Shown here piece by piece: positions 9,721 to 20,287 of a stretch of 64,000 nucleotides of DNA. Position numbers and translations under genes: made by a program. The notes under the pieces were generated by a model. The model was not told where the DNA came from. It saw nothing but the letters and a program-made list of their open reading frames with translations, and searched no databases. Every line of letters starts with the position of its first letter. Positions within the stretch are counted from its first letter, which is position 1. Source of the DNA: Gammaproteobacteria bacterium (GTDB lineage Bacteria; Pseudomonadota; Gammaproteobacteria; SZUA-152); NCBI GenBank assembly GCA_050116575.1, contig JASFOJ010000002.1, forward strand, positions 559 to 64,558. The letters run 5' to 3'.

Positions 9721-12700
9721 CTAAAATCCGTCGTTTTCCGGCGCCGCAGGCGGCTGCTTCAGTATCGGTTCCAGTTTATAGTTATCCCATGAGCCTGTCA
9801 GGCTGTATTCGAAACTTGCCGCCTTGTCAAAATCCTCCTTGAGCAATTGCTGGAAAAAGAACAGCAACGGCTGGCTGGTAATGATGCTCAGTAAAATGGT
9901 GGTATCGGTAATGTGCGGCGTAACTCGAATTCGTTGATCATAGTCCCGGCTGCCAATACCGATACGCCCGCGCAGCGACACGTCGGCACTGGGACCGGTC
10001 ATGGTAAAATTATTTGTGTATGCGTCGCCGTCCTCAATTTTGAACTGGCCATGAACGGAGTCAAAACCCAGCCCTTTGCCAAACAGGTCACTGAAATCCA
10101 GCGTCAACCGCCGGGGCAGCGTTTGCAGGCTGAACAATCCGAACAGCCGCGCCGCCCCTCCGGGTTCAATGTCTAAAATCCTGCCATTGGTGAAATTCAG
10201 CTCGACATTACCGCTAATGTGGTGCAAATCCGGATCGATAAGGGCACCGGGCCAATGCAATTTGGCGGTTATTTTCCCTCCGCCGCCTTCGATAGTATCC
10301 ACGTACCCCAGGTCCTGCATGGTTTTGCCAAGATCATCGCTATCCAGCACAAATTCAAATCGCGAGTTTTGCTGTCCCTGCTCCACCTGCCAGCGGCCGA
10401 CGCCTTTTACGGTGGTTGCCCTGGGCCTAACAGTTATCTGTTCAAGCAACAATCCCTTGTCGGTTTTCTTTGCATTGAACGCGACAGCCCCCAGTTTTTT
10501 ATTATCATACATCAAGGAACGACTGTTAAACGCGATGGACGGTAAATCCCGGGGGTCAAATTTTCCTCCCCGGTTTTCAACCGATTGAAGTTGCAAACGC
10601 TGCATATCAAGCTCGAGAGATTTGTTTTGCAGGTCCTGCGGTACGACAATACTGCCTTTTAATTCCTTGCTGTCGACGTTTGCATCCAGCCATTGTCCTT
10701 TGTTTTTTATTTTTAGCCTGAGGTCTTGAGCCTGTTGTCCGAATATCTCGAATTTTTTGATTAACAGGTCGACCGAATTAATCAACGCCATGTAAAGCGG
10801 CTTGGTATCTTTTGGTTGAGCATTGGAAACGGGCACGCTGTTTGAGGATTTAAACGAATTGATAGCCTGCTCGATTAACGACTTCCAGATATCCACCGAC
10901 AATTCTTTCATTGTGCCTGTAATGCGCAGCCCCTCGGTACCCGGCAAGACAACAGGCCCTCCCCCAAAACGAATGTCTCCGCGGGTTACCCACAGAGGAT
11001 CGGAGGTATCGCAATCAAAGATGCCTGCAAATTGCCCCGCGTACGACACCTTAAACAGTATTCGTTGGACGTCCTTGATATCCATTAATATATTAAGGTC
11101 ACGAACATCGTTCTTTTGCTTTGTAAACGGTGGGGGCAAATTACTTGTCACGCCCTTTAGTTTGGTTGTGACCGCCAGCTGCAGGTTGCGACTTTCTTGC
11201 TCGCCGCCGCCACCCGGCACCGTTAAAGCGACCTGCCAGTTTGCGCGCCCGTCCACCAGGTCTTTCATGACAGGAAACCGCTGTTCGCTCAAGGTCCTGG
11301 CATCAAACTTTCCGGTGGCGGTCACCACGATATCGCGGGTGTCCGCAGTTGCGCCGGCCGACACCGTCTTAACTTTTAGCGTACCCGGCTGACCCAGTAA
11401 ATGCGCCTGAATACGGCGAGCGTTCAATCCCTTATTAGAAATCTTCAAATCGCCGGTTAAGCCGGAAAGCATATCGGGAATCGAACGCATCTCCAGACTG
11501 TTGTCTGTTAAATGCAAATCGCCCTTGACGGTGGCCTGCACCTCATCGGCAATGTCCAGTCCAATATTAAGATCCAGATCGCTGTTTCCTGCGGCTTTCA
11601 AGTTACGAAGAAACTGACCATATTTGCGGTACAAAGGCGGGCTGACGATCATATAATTCAGTTTTTCCTGCGACTTGCCCGACACCCGGCCGGCAATTGA
11701 CAGCTGCAGCGGCTTTTCACGCAGATCATCGATGGCAACGCGCACTTTGGTCAGCGTGTTACTGAAAATTTGCGCCTGATTTGATGTTACAGACAAACTG
11801 TTTCCACGGAAAACAACCTGGGTACGGGCGTCGTGGATTTGTGGCCAGTCCTCGGCATAATCAAGAATTGCGTTCTCCGCGCTAAAACGTACATCGAACA
11901 CTCCCTGACCTTTGGTAAAAGGAAACCGGTCCAGTGGACCATATATAATGGCGCCACCGGACGTGACATGGCCCTGCACAATGGCGGTGTCCAGCCATTT
12001 AACGGTTTTCTCTTTCATAATAGACACTGGGAAATAATACGATGCCTTACTGCCGTCGCCATCGTGGAATTTCGTAATTAATGAAATAAACGGCGGCTTT
12101 TTATCCCGTGGTATCTCCAGATCCAATACCGCTTCCGACTTTAAGTGGGCAGTATCCAGCACGATATCGCGGCTCGATAGTTGCAACGAATCCTCACCGT
12201 TGCGCCACCTCACCAGTCCTTGCAGCCGTTTAACGGGTATGTCCCAGCGAAACATGCGTGGATACGAAAACTCTCCATCACCGGTATCGAACACCACCGA
12301 ACCTTGATCATTATCCAAACGCACTTCGCCGGTAAGCCCTTTAAAACCCGGCACCTTACCAACAGGACGGAAAGCTACCTGTTCGACCCGGCCGGCGATG
12401 GCGTAGCGATTGCCTTCACCAGTCCACTGTGCATTAACATTGCGCAGCTCACCTTGTGGCGACAACTTTTTAATAAATTCGGTATAGCGCTGATTATCAC
12501 CCACCAGAACCGGTAACAGCGGTGTCAGGTCTTCGATTCGTAGCAGACTGGCTCGCACATCAAACCGGGGTGCGTTGTTGTCTGCTCGTACATACCGCAT
12601 GGACAATTGCGACGCCGGCCACACACGCTTGTTACGCGCCAATACAAATTGATCCGCTTTTAGTCGCCAGCCATTGACATCTTTATCCCATTGAAAGCGA

Positions 12701-13698
12701 CCAATAACACTGTCATAGGAGACGGTGTGAGTTCGGCCGCCACCCTTTACAGCAACTTGCGGGGCATGTTCATCGATACCGGCCAGCAATGGCTGTAATA
12801 ACGGCGTGTATTGGTTACCGGTTTTGAGGGCCACGTTCTCCAATGACACATCACCCTGCAGGCTCACCAACGAAGCGTTTTGCCAATCGCTCCAGATCTC
12901 AAAATTCGATTGACCAACACTGATTTTATAGTCACGAATGCCCAATGCCCCCAATACGCGCCTGGCATCAACATTGGCACCGGCGAAGTACATGCTAGCC
13001 GCCCAGCGCCTACCCTGGGTAATATCTCCCGTGATATCCAGTGAAAAACTGAACTCCTGGTCCTCATGGCGAGGAAAGCGAATGGCGCCGTCTATCAAAT
13101 GGCGGCCGTCGCCGTTGCGCAATGTCAGGGAAACATTGGTCAAATGATAGCGCGCGTCGCCAGTCTTTCGGTCCTGGTAAATCAGATTGCTGGCATGTAA
13201 ATCGATTTCGCCTTGCGCCAGTAACCAGCGCATCATCAGACCTCTTTCCTGTTGCGCCGGTACTTCGATCCGCTTCGCATCAAATCCCGCCAGGTTAATT
13301 TCACCGGTTTTTTGCCGCACGATCGACAAATTGGCGCCGGACAAGGCAAACTTTTTAAACTGAACCGTCCGGGTTTTGATAATACCAAGCAGGTCGAAAT
13401 CCAGTCGGGCGCGAGATAAATCCAGCAAGGTCTGACTGCCGTCTTTACTCAGCAACCGCACATTGTTGAGCACCAGCGACGGACTGAAACCGTGCCATTC
13501 GGCATCCAGGGACATAATCTTGACCGGTCTGTCGATCAGACGGGCCGCATAGTGCTCGATGTCCTGGTTGTAGTCGTCGATCATTGGCAATAACAGCCTG
13601 GCCAGGCCAAACACCGCCGCCAGGAACACCACCAGCGCGGCAAATAAATACCACACCAGATACCATATGCGACGAAACCATTTGCGGATAAAATTCAT
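9721..13698 (-). CDS. yhdP: YhdP/AsmA2-family inner-membrane-anchored intermembrane transport protein
   Basis: The 1325-aa product has an N-terminal TM helix. Size and position downstream of rng-maf match YhdP, and the C-terminus has DUF3971/AsmA-like character. Confidence 0.85.
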   Translation of the reverse strand: MNFIRKWFRRIWYLVWYLFAALVVFLAAVFGLARLLLPMIDDYNQDIEHYAARLIDRPVKIMSLDAEWHGFSPSLVLNNVRLLSKDGSQTLLDLSRARLDFDLLGIIKTRTVQFKKFALSGANLSIVRQKTGEINLAGFDAKRIEVPAQQERGLMMRWLLAQGEIDLHASNLIYQDRKTGDARYHLTNVSLTLRNGDGRHLIDGAIRFPRHEDQEFSFSLDITGDITQGRRWAASMYFAGANVDARRVLGALGIRDYKISVGQSNFEIWSDWQNASLVSLQGDVSLENVALKTGNQYTPLLQPLLAGIDEHAPQVAVKGGGRTHTVSYDSVIGRFQWDKDVNGWRLKADQFVLARNKRVWPASQLSMRYVRADNNAPRFDVRASLLRIEDLTPLLPVLVGDNQRYTEFIKKLSPQGELRNVNAQWTGEGNRYAIAGRVEQVAFRPVGKVPGFKGLTGEVRLDNDQGSVVFDTGDGEFSYPRMFRWDIPVKRLQGLVRWRNGEDSLQLSSRDIVLDTAHLKSEAVLDLEIPRDKKPPFISLITKFHDGDGSKASYYFPVSIMKEKTVKWLDTAIVQGHVTSGGAIIYGPLDRFPFTKGQGVFDVRFSAENAILDYAEDWPQIHDARTQVVFRGNSLSVTSNQAQIFSNTLTKVRVAIDDLREKPLQLSIAGRVSGKSQEKLNYMIVSPPLYRKYGQFLRNLKAAGNSDLDLNIGLDIADEVQATVKGDLHLTDNSLEMRSIPDMLSGLTGDLKISNKGLNARRIQAHLLGQPGTLKVKTVSAGATADTRDIVVTATGKFDARTLSEQRFPVMKDLVDGRANWQVALTVPGGGGEQESRNLQLAVTTKLKGVTSNLPPPFTKQKNDVRDLNILMDIKDVQRILFKVSYAGQFAGIFDCDTSDPLWVTRGDIRFGGGPVVLPGTEGLRITGTMKELSVDIWKSLIEQAINSFKSSNSVPVSNAQPKDTKPLYMALINSVDLLIKKFEIFGQQAQDLRLKIKNKGQWLDANVDSKELKGSIVVPQDLQNKSLELDMQRLQLQSVENRGGKFDPRDLPSIAFNSRSLMYDNKKLGAVAFNAKKTDKGLLLEQITVRPRATTVKGVGRWQVEQGQQNSRFEFVLDSDDLGKTMQDLGYVDTIEGGGGKITAKLHWPGALIDPDLHHISGNVELNFTNGRILDIEPGGAARLFGLFSLQTLPRRLTLDFSDLFGKGLGFDSVHGQFKIEDGDAYTNNFTMTGPSADVSLRGRIGIGSRDYDQRIRVTPHITDTTILLSIITSQPLLFFFQQLLKEDFDKAASFEYSLTGSWDNYKLEPILKQPPAAPENDGF

Positions 13699-13835
13699 AG
13701 GGCAGGATTTAGCGGTAGCCTGCGAGGCAATCTTTCAATAATACCGTTATCAACCGGCACGCTGTTTTTATTATCACGGGGCCGGACTCTCGGTAGTTAG
13801 ATGTTAGTTGTATATGTTCGTTCAAATGCCGTTTC

Positions 13836-15314
13836 TTACATCAATACAACGTCAAATTGTTCCTGTGTATACAGCGTCTCGACCTGAAAATTAATGGATT
13901 TCCCGATAAATTCCTCGAGCTCCGCAACACTGGTGGATTCCTCATCAAGCAGAATATCCACAACTTCCTGGGAGGCGAGTACCAGAAACTTTTGCGCATT
14001 GAACTGTCTCGCCTCACGCATAAGCTCCCGAAAAATCTCATAACAGACGGTTTCCGCGGTTTTAACGGAGCCCCGGCCTTCACAGGTGGGACAGGTTTCG
14101 CACATCACGTGTTCCAGGCTTTCGCGGGTCCGTTTACGGGTCATTTCAACCAACCCCAGCTCCGAAACCTCGCTGATATGACTTTTGGCCCGATCCTGCT
14201 CGAGTGCTTTTTCCAATGCCGCTATCACTTGCTCGCGATGAGCATTATCCAGCATGTCGATAAAATCAATAATGATGATGCCGCCCAGGTTGCGCAGCCG
14301 AAGCTGGCGTACAATGGCCTGCGTGGCTTCCAGGTTGGTTTTGAATATGGTTTCTTCCAGGTTGCGGTGGCCCACGAAGCCGCCGGTATTAACGTCGATG
14401 GTGGTCATGGCTTCAGTCTGATCAATGATCAAATAGCCGCCGGATTTCAACTCAACCTTGCGGTTTAATGCTTTCTGGATTTCATCGTCGATACCGTAAA
14501 GATCGAAGATCGGGCGCTCCCCGGGATAGTATTCAATTTTATTGACCAACTCCGGAATAAATTTTCCGGCAAACTTGACGACTTTGTCATAGTTTTCCCG
14601 GGAGTCAATACGGATTTTTTCGATGTCGGTACCACTGCCCACCTGGTCTCGCATAGTGCGCATCACCAGGCGTAAATCTTCATGAATCAGGGAACCGGGA
14701 GGTTCCGATTTCGCCCGCTCCTGAACTTCATTCCACAGTTTATGCAAAAAACGCATGTCGGCTTCCAGTTCAATATCGCTGGCACGTTCGGCAACTGTAC
14801 GGACAATATACCCGCTTTCCTGGAATTCGCTGCCCAATTCTTCCACCAGGGTTTTGAGACGCTGGCGTTCCTCTTCGGTCTCAATTTTCTGGGATATCCC
14901 GATATGGTCGATTTCGGGCATTAACACCAGGTAACGCGCCGCAATAGACAGTTGCGTGGTCAGACGGGCGCCTTTACTGCCCAACGGGTCCTTGACCACC
15001 TGCACCAATACGGTCTGCCCCTGATACAGCAACTTCGAAATATCTTCGGCGTTTTTACCATTGGTCCCGCCATTGCTCGGTGCATTGGTGTTAACGATAT
15101 CGGACGCATGTAAAAACGCCGTGCGTTCAAGGCCAATATCAACAAAGGCAGCCTGCATACCGGGCAACACCCGGGACACCTTGCCTTTGTAAATATTGCC
15201 CACCAATCCCAGGCGGCTCGCCCGCTCCACAAATACTTCGGTCAGGACACCATTTTCCACCATAGCGACCCGCGTTTCCCGCGGCGTGACATTTATTAAT
15301 ATTTCTTCGCTCAT
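13836..15314 (-). CDS. rng: Ribonuclease G
   Basis: The 492-aa product has an S1 domain N-terminus (GNIYKGKVSRVLPGMQAAFVDIG) and an RNase E/G catalytic core. Confidence 0.9.
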   Translation of the reverse strand: MSEEILINVTPRETRVAMVENGVLTEVFVERASRLGLVGNIYKGKVSRVLPGMQAAFVDIGLERTAFLHASDIVNTNAPSNGGTNGKNAEDISKLLYQGQTVLVQVVKDPLGSKGARLTTQLSIAARYLVLMPEIDHIGISQKIETEEERQRLKTLVEELGSEFQESGYIVRTVAERASDIELEADMRFLHKLWNEVQERAKSEPPGSLIHEDLRLVMRTMRDQVGSGTDIEKIRIDSRENYDKVVKFAGKFIPELVNKIEYYPGERPIFDLYGIDDEIQKALNRKVELKSGGYLIIDQTEAMTTIDVNTGGFVGHRNLEETIFKTNLEATQAIVRQLRLRNLGGIIIIDFIDMLDNAHREQVIAALEKALEQDRAKSHISEVSELGLVEMTRKRTRESLEHVMCETCPTCEGRGSVKTAETVCYEIFRELMREARQFNAQKFLVLASQEVVDILLDEESTSVAELEEFIGKSINFQVETLYTQEQFDVVLM

Positions 15315-15365
15315 TAATGTTTTCCTGCAACCGCTCAGTTTTTGCCGCTATGCAGAGCGCGAAAA

Positions 15366-15977
15366 TCAGGCATTTAGCCATTGGATGCTGAATGCCGACA
15401 TCAGTTCTGCAAACTCATACAGCGGCAAGCCCATAATACCTGAGTAACTGCCTTCGATGTTCTTGATAAATCCTGCCGCCTTACCCTGAATGGCATAACC
15501 GCCGGCCTTGTCCAGCGGTTCCTGCGTTTCCCAATAACGTTCGCATTCGCGCTCCGTCAGCTGGCGAAAGGTGACACGGCTAGTATTGACCCTAACCTGT
15601 TCCTGTGGGGCGCTCTGCAGCGTTTTAGCCGCTGTCCCCACCATGGCCACAGCGCTGAACACCTGGTGAGTGGCGCCTGAATATTGCTTTAATAACGCAA
15701 TACCGTGGGCTTTATCCACCGGTTTACCCACAATCCGCCCGTTCAACACGATACAGGTATCGGCCCCTACCACCGGCACCCCCTGCGCGGCGACCTGTTG
15801 CCAGCCGCGACGGGCCTTTTCCAGCGCCAGACGCGCCACGTAATCTGCAGGTGATTCCCCGTCGCGATGCCGTTCGTCGACCTCGACATCGAGGATTTGA
15901 TAGCCCAGGCCCAATTGCTCGATCAACGTTCGTCGGCGCGGCGACCGGGAAGCCAGAAAAATTTGCTGGTTTTTCAT
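15366..15977 (-). CDS. maf: Maf-like nucleoside triphosphate pyrophosphatase (YhdE)
   Basis: The 203-aa product has the LASRSPRRRTLL N-terminus and GKPVDKAHG, both characteristic of Maf. Confidence 0.85.
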   Translation of the reverse strand: MKNQQIFLASRSPRRRTLIEQLGLGYQILDVEVDERHRDGESPADYVARLALEKARRGWQQVAAQGVPVVGADTCIVLNGRIVGKPVDKAHGIALLKQYSGATHQVFSAVAMVGTAAKTLQSAPQEQVRVNTSRVTFRQLTERECERYWETQEPLDKAGGYAIQGKAAGFIKNIEGSYSGIMGLPLYEFAELMSAFSIQWLNA

Positions 15978-16008
15978 TTGGTTAGCATAGCCACATAAAG
16001 CTCAGGGC

Positions 16009-16476
16009 TCAACGGTGATAAGGATGGCCCTTGAGAATACTTACAGCGCGATAGACCTGTTCGGCGACGATGATCCTCACCAGCGGATGGGGAAAGGTCA
16101 ATCGAGACAACGCCACGGTGGTTTCCGCCTGGCTCTTACATTGTTCGGACAGACCGTCAGGACCACCCACCAACAGGGAAACGTCCCGGCCCTCCGTCAT
16201 CCACTGCGCTATATGATCGGCCAGTTGTCGGGTAGTCCATTGTTGGCCCCCGGCATCCAGTGCCACCCGCCGCGCATTACCCGGAACCGCTGCCAGCAGG
16301 CGTTCACCCTCTTCTTTGACGATGCGCTTAATATCCGGATGTCTGCTGCGTTTGTTGGGTGGCACTTCAATGAGGTGCAACTGGCATTCCGGCGGCAAAC
16401 GCCGGGCGTATTCTTGGTAACCCTGAATCACCCAGTTATCGAGACGTTGCCCAATGGCGACGAGATAGATGCGCAT
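16009..16476 (-). CDS. rlmH: 23S rRNA (pseudouridine1915-N3)-methyltransferase RlmH
   Basis: The 155-aa product has a SPOUT fold and a MRIYLVAIGQRLDNW start typical of RlmH/YbeA. Confidence 0.9.
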   Translation of the reverse strand: MRIYLVAIGQRLDNWVIQGYQEYARRLPPECQLHLIEVPPNKRSRHPDIKRIVKEEGERLLAAVPGNARRVALDAGGQQWTTRQLADHIAQWMTEGRDVSLLVGGPDGLSEQCKSQAETTVALSRLTFPHPLVRIIVAEQVYRAVSILKGHPYHR

Positions 16477-16591
16477 GCAATGACACTGTTTATTATTCGA
16501 AACCGATTATTGTTCGACGTTATTTTCTGAATGCGTTGCGCCGCCGTGACTGGCAACGGCAGCACTTTTCGTTTTTTCGAGATGCGGCAAA

Positions 16592-16942
16592 TTACGAACC
16601 GCCTTCGCGGCTGGCAACCTCGTCCGTTGTCCATAGTTTTTCAAGGTGATAGAAATCGCGAACTTCCGGCTGCATCACGTGTACCACTACATCCCCCAGG
16701 TCGACCAGCACCCATTCGCCTTCTTTTTCCCCTTCGACACCCAACGGCTGCACACCGTTATGCTTGGCGTGCTCGATCACTCGTTCCGCCTGGGCCTTGA
16801 CCTGGCGGGCAGAGGTACCACTGGCGACTACCATGATATCAGTAACACTGGTTTTACCGCGTACATCCACCACGTGAATATCCTGGGCTTTCCTATCTTC
16901 CAGCGCTTCGATGACCAAATCCAGTAATGCTTGCGTATTCAT
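16592..16942 (-). CDS. rsfS: Ribosomal silencing factor RsfS (YbeB)
   Basis: The 116-aa product is RsfS/Iojap-like and overlaps nadD by 4 nt. Confidence 0.9.
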   Translation of the reverse strand: MNTQALLDLVIEALEDRKAQDIHVVDVRGKTSVTDIMVVASGTSARQVKAQAERVIEHAKHNGVQPLGVEGEKEGEWVLVDLGDVVVHVMQPEVRDFYHLEKLWTTDEVASREGGS

Positions 16943-17601
16943 TCACTCTTCTCGGTTGTTTGATATAAATGTTGTTGCTCAATAATCTCCAGCACCGCCG
17001 GCGGCACCCACTGCGCGACGGATTCCCCCCGCGCTAGTCGCTGCCGGATAGCCGACGATGAAATATCCAGATTGGTAACTTTTTGCAGCAATACCAGGCC
17101 ACGGGACTGTTGCCTGAGCAACGCCGGCTGGCTCACCAGGCTATTGCCGACGATGGATTTTAAGTCACCGTTGATTCGCTGCATCAGCGCATCCACCGGC
17201 CATCCGGGACGATGCACCACAATAATATGCGCCAGGCGAAATAGTTTTTTCCAATCATGCCAGGTATCCAGCTGGATAAACGCATCTGCGCCCACACACA
17301 GGCATAGCGAAATATCATCGCCTTTTTCCTCGCGCAGCGACTGCAGGGTATCGACGGTATAGGAAGGACCTTCGCGCTTCAGTTCACGCTCATCAACTTG
17401 CAGCTCAGGATAGTCCGCGACAGCAGCCTGCAACATGGCCAGCCTGACTTGCGCATCGACATCCGGTGCATCCCGGTGCGGAGGAATGCCGGCGGGCACC
17501 ATTAACAGCTCATCCATGGAAAGGGCTTTTTTGATTTCCAGCGCTGTGCGTATATGACCCCAGTGAACAGGATTAAAGGTTCCTCCAAATACGCCTATCA
17601 T
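16939..17601 (-). CDS. nadD: Nicotinate-nucleotide adenylyltransferase
   Basis: The 220-aa product has the [11 protein letters not shown] nucleotidyltransferase motif. Confidence 0.9.
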   Translation of the reverse strand: MIGVFGGTFNPVHWGHIRTALEIKKALSMDELLMVPAGIPPHRDAPDVDAQVRLAMLQAAVADYPELQVDERELKREGPSYTVDTLQSLREEKGDDISLCLCVGADAFIQLDTWHDWKKLFRLAHIIVVHRPGWPVDALMQRINGDLKSIVGNSLVSQPALLRQQSRGLVLLQKVTNLDISSSAIRQRLARGESVAQWVPPAVLEIIEQQHLYQTTEKSE

Positions 17602-17683
17602 GGGTGCAGCCGCAGCCCGTTGATTAAAAGGTTGTTGTGGGGCGTTGCGCCGTTAGCGTTACGAATAACCGTTACCAATGGCA

Positions 17684-18940
17684 TTATTGTCGAATATGTC
17701 CGTCGCCGATAACAATGTATTTTTGCGAGGTCAGGCCTTCCAGACCCACCGGTCCGCGGGCATGAATCTTGTCCGTGCTGATCCCGATCTCCGCGCCCAG
17801 ACCGTACTCAAAACCGTCAGCGAAACGGGTCGAGGCGTTGACCATGACGGAACTTGAATCTACCTCCGACAGAAAACGCCGCGCCGCGCCGATGTCCTCA
17901 GTCACAATGGATTCTGTATGCCCGGAACTGTGATCATGTATATGTTGCAGCGCCTGCTCGAAACCATCCACCACGCGAATGGACAGAATGGGCGCCAGGT
18001 ATTCCGTATCCCAGTCTTCATCCGTTGCCTCGTTGATACCATCGACGATGGACCGGGTTTTTGCACACCCCCGTAATTCGACGCCTTCATTAATATAACG
18101 GTCCGCAAGCTCCGGCAATATGTCGTTCGCAACAGCGTTTTCCACCAATAGCGTTTCCATGGCGTTACATACCCCGTAGCGATGGGTCTTGGCATTGAAA
18201 GCGATCTTAATGGCTTTCTCCCGGTCGGCTTTCTCATGAACATAAACGTGGCAAACGCCGTGCAAGTGCTTGATGACCGGCACTTTGGCTTCCGCGCTGA
18301 TACGTTCGATAAGGCCTTTACCGCCGCGGGGCACTATCACATCGACAAATTGCGGCATGGTAATCAACTCCCCCACCGCGGCCCGATCCGTTACCTCGAT
18401 GACCTGCACCGCGTTTGCCGGCAACCCCGCCTGCTCCAATCCGCTATGAATACAGGCCGCGATTGCCTTGTTGGAATGGGCGGCTTCCGAACCGCCGCGC
18501 AAAATAGCCGCATTGCCGGCCTTCAGGCACAAGCCCGCGGCATCCGCCGTAACGTTGGGACGCGATTCATATATTATCCCGATGACACCCAGCGGTACCC
18601 GCATACGGCCCACCTGGATGCCCGAAGGGCGGTAATTCAGATCGCTGATGGCACCCACGGGATCCGCCAGCGCCGCAATTTGCCGCAGCCCTTCAGCCAT
18701 GCCTTTAATACGTTCTTCATTTAACGCCAGCCGGTCCAGTAGGGCATCGTCCAGACCATCGTCTTTGCCCTGTTTAAGATCGCGGGCGTTTTCTTCCATT
18801 AAACGGTCCTGGGACGCGACGATGCTGTCGGCGATCGCCAGTAAAGCGCGGTCCTTGGCGCCGGTATCAGCCTTGGCCATTTCCCGTGATGCGGCCCGCG
18901 CCTGTTGGCCAAGCTGTGTCATGTATTGTTTAATGTCCAT
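17684..18940 (-). CDS. proA: Gamma-glutamyl phosphate reductase (glutamate-5-semialdehyde dehydrogenase)
   Basis: It aligns along its full length to ProA ([49 protein letters not shown]). The start was moved to the internal ATG (MDIKQY), which matches the ProA N-terminus. The ORF track extends it to 18988. Confidence 0.9.
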   Translation of the reverse strand: MDIKQYMTQLGQQARAASREMAKADTGAKDRALLAIADSIVASQDRLMEENARDLKQGKDDGLDDALLDRLALNEERIKGMAEGLRQIAALADPVGAISDLNYRPSGIQVGRMRVPLGVIGIIYESRPNVTADAAGLCLKAGNAAILRGGSEAAHSNKAIAACIHSGLEQAGLPANAVQVIEVTDRAAVGELITMPQFVDVIVPRGGKGLIERISAEAKVPVIKHLHGVCHVYVHEKADREKAIKIAFNAKTHRYGVCNAMETLLVENAVANDILPELADRYINEGVELRGCAKTRSIVDGINEATDEDWDTEYLAPILSIRVVDGFEQALQHIHDHSSGHTESIVTEDIGAARRFLSEVDSSSVMVNASTRFADGFEYGLGAEIGISTDKIHARGPVGLEGLTSQKYIVIGDGHIRQ

Positions 18941-19068
18941 GTCATGTCCCGCGTGTGCTAACACGTGTCGATTCACGTGCCGGTTCAAAAAGTACGATCT
19001 AAGCCATCAACGACCGCGTCGTTTACCGGCTCTGAATTCAATTGCATTGGTTAGCATGATGGAAGTGC

Positions 19069-20100
19069 TCAAAGCACCGCCGGTTCCCGGAACAGTGCGA
19101 TTCCCGCCATGCCTAATGATAATTGTAACAATTCATCCCATACATTGCCTGCCGCCAGGCCTTTGATTATCCTGTCTATTTTTGCGGCATGCTGGAGCAT
19201 CGCCTGCCAGGACGCCACATTATGCCGTTTCAACGCCTGGGTGACGAACGCCTTTCGCTGCGGCCAGACCCTGGCCTGTGCCACCGCCTGTTCCGGACGG
19301 CTTCCCCGCGCCACCGCCAGCGACATGTGATACAGGGCGCGTATTTCCCGCGCCAGCGCCCACGACGCCAGGATGGGCTCCACCCCCTCGGCCCGCAAAC
19401 CATCAACCATGCGCGTTACCCGGTTAACGTCACCGGATAACGCGACGTCCACCAGACCATAAATATCATACCGGGCACTGTCGGAAACCGCTTCCATCAC
19501 CGCGTGTTCGTCAATTTCACTGCTGCCGAACAACAACTGCAGTTTATCGATCTCCTGAGCAGCGGCCAGCATATTACCCTCGACCCGGTCCACAATGACC
19601 TGCACCGCCGCCGGTGTCAGCTTCATTCCCCGGGATCGTGCCCTTTGCTGTGTCCAACCTGCTAATTGCCGCGTGGCTATCGGCCATACCGCGATAAACA
19701 CCCCGGCACTTTCCAACTGGGTAAACCATTTACTGCGCTGGGTTTGCTTGTCCAGCTTGCCGGTTATCACCAATAAAATAGAATCCGGTGACGGATTTTG
19801 CGCATACTCCAGTAATGCCTTGCTGCCCTTGTCGCCCGGTTTGCCGTTGGGCATACGCAACTCGATCAGCTGGCGGTCCGCAAACAAAGACAGGCTGTTG
19901 CCCATGGCAAGAAAACTGTCCCAGTCAAAACCTTTCTCCACGTGAAATACATTGCGCTCGGTGAAATTTTGCTGGCGGGCGGCGGCGCGAATCGCATCGC
20001 AGGCTTCGCCCTGTTGCAGCGGTTCATCACCGCTTACCACATAAACAGGCGCCAGGTTTCCCGATAAATGGTTTTTCAGTTCGTTAACGTTTACTTTCAT
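19069..20100 (-). CDS. holA: DNA polymerase III delta subunit
   Basis: The 343-aa product sits in the lptE-holA-nadD position with a delta-subunit N-terminus (LAPVYVVSGDEPLL). Confidence 0.85.
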   Translation of the reverse strand: MKVNVNELKNHLSGNLAPVYVVSGDEPLQQGEACDAIRAAARQQNFTERNVFHVEKGFDWDSFLAMGNSLSLFADRQLIELRMPNGKPGDKGSKALLEYAQNPSPDSILLVITGKLDKQTQRSKWFTQLESAGVFIAVWPIATRQLAGWTQQRARSRGMKLTPAAVQVIVDRVEGNMLAAAQEIDKLQLLFGSSEIDEHAVMEAVSDSARYDIYGLVDVALSGDVNRVTRMVDGLRAEGVEPILASWALAREIRALYHMSLAVARGSRPEQAVAQARVWPQRKAFVTQALKRHNVASWQAMLQHAAKIDRIIKGLAAGNVWDELLQLSLGMAGIALFREPAVL

Positions 20101-20287
20101 GGTTTAATTTTAACGCAAAGTCGCTAAGACGCAGAGATTAACAACATAAGATCCAGAAATTAAAAACAGTCACCACGAGTGACGTATAGTGATACTACAT
20201 TTACCAGCAAATGAACCATTCCTTCATTTAGGCGAAATTAAATTTTCAAAATCAATTATATTCTTCGCGACTTTGCGTTAAATTTTT
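20101..20287. repeat. Intergenic inverted-repeat element A (TTAACGCAAAGTCGC ... GCGACTTTGCGTTAA) filling the entire lptE-holA spacer
   Basis: The left arm is at 20109-20135 (ttaacgcaaagtcgctaagacgcagag). The right arm is at 20266-20282 (gcgactttgcgttaa). The same ACGCAAAG/CTTTGCGT terminal motif recurs at 27666-27935 and 45731-45878. Confidence 0.6.

Noticed and set aside
17684-18988. Long N-terminal extensions of proA (to 18988), leuS (to 23397) and rsd (to 36706) in the ORF track
   Set aside because: Alignment to well-known orthologs and RBS placement favour internal ATG starts (18940, 23337, 36631).
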